Shown piece after piece: positions 63,968 through 64,000 of a stretch of DNA of 64,000 nt. The DNA lies in NCBI RefSeq assembly GCF_006345805.1, contig NC_043003.1:40300001-40364000 (forward strand), given 5' to 3'. The notes beneath the pieces were generated by a model that searched no databases, was not told the DNA's origin, and worked only from the letters and a program-made list of their open reading frames with translations. This DNA comes from Octopus sinensis. Taxonomy: Eukaryota. The position numbers and the translations under genes are program-made. Each line of letters starts with the position of its first letter. Position 1 is the first letter of the stretch.

Positions 63968-64000
63968 TATATGTATATACACATGTGCGTGTGTGTTTGC

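Noticed and set aside
34-63982. The many ORFs made of YI, CV, HT, LSIY, poly-R, poly-M/D or poly-V repeats
   Set aside because: They are translations of microsatellites or SINEs, with no domain content or splice structure.

Overview
AT-rich, repeat-saturated eukaryotic DNA. The SINE families and microsatellite load point to an octopus/coleoid cephalopod (inferred from repeat content, not checked against a database). There is no prokaryotic feature and no intact autonomous transposon. Nearly all ORFs in the supplied track are translations of microsatellites or SINEs. Recognisable content: (1) roughly 40 copies of three to four tRNA-derived SINE families in both orientations; (2) a cluster of five R4/Dong-type (restriction-like endonuclease) non-LTR retrotransposon fragments at 6.5-10.6 kb, including the only long real ORF (9603-10550); (3) RTE, L2/CR1-like, Penelope, mariner, Tigger-like, hAT and Helentron-associated remnants; (4) a 1,931-bp foldback-like element at 59995-61925 with ~625-bp terminal inverted repeats built from ~150-bp subrepeats and an exact 8-bp target-site duplication; (5) a dense run of unrelated inverted repeats between 50 and 62 kb, including a perfect 112-bp hairpin; (6) one good candidate host exon on the minus strand (49143-49244), not captured by the ORF track, whose peptide resembles the N-terminal part of invertebrate GH16 beta-1,3-glucanase/glucan-binding proteins. 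The window may therefore be largely intronic. The palindrome plus tandem duplication at 44.2-45.7 kb may be an assembly artefact. Repeat coordinates are read by eye and approximate unless a TSD or splice site fixes them.
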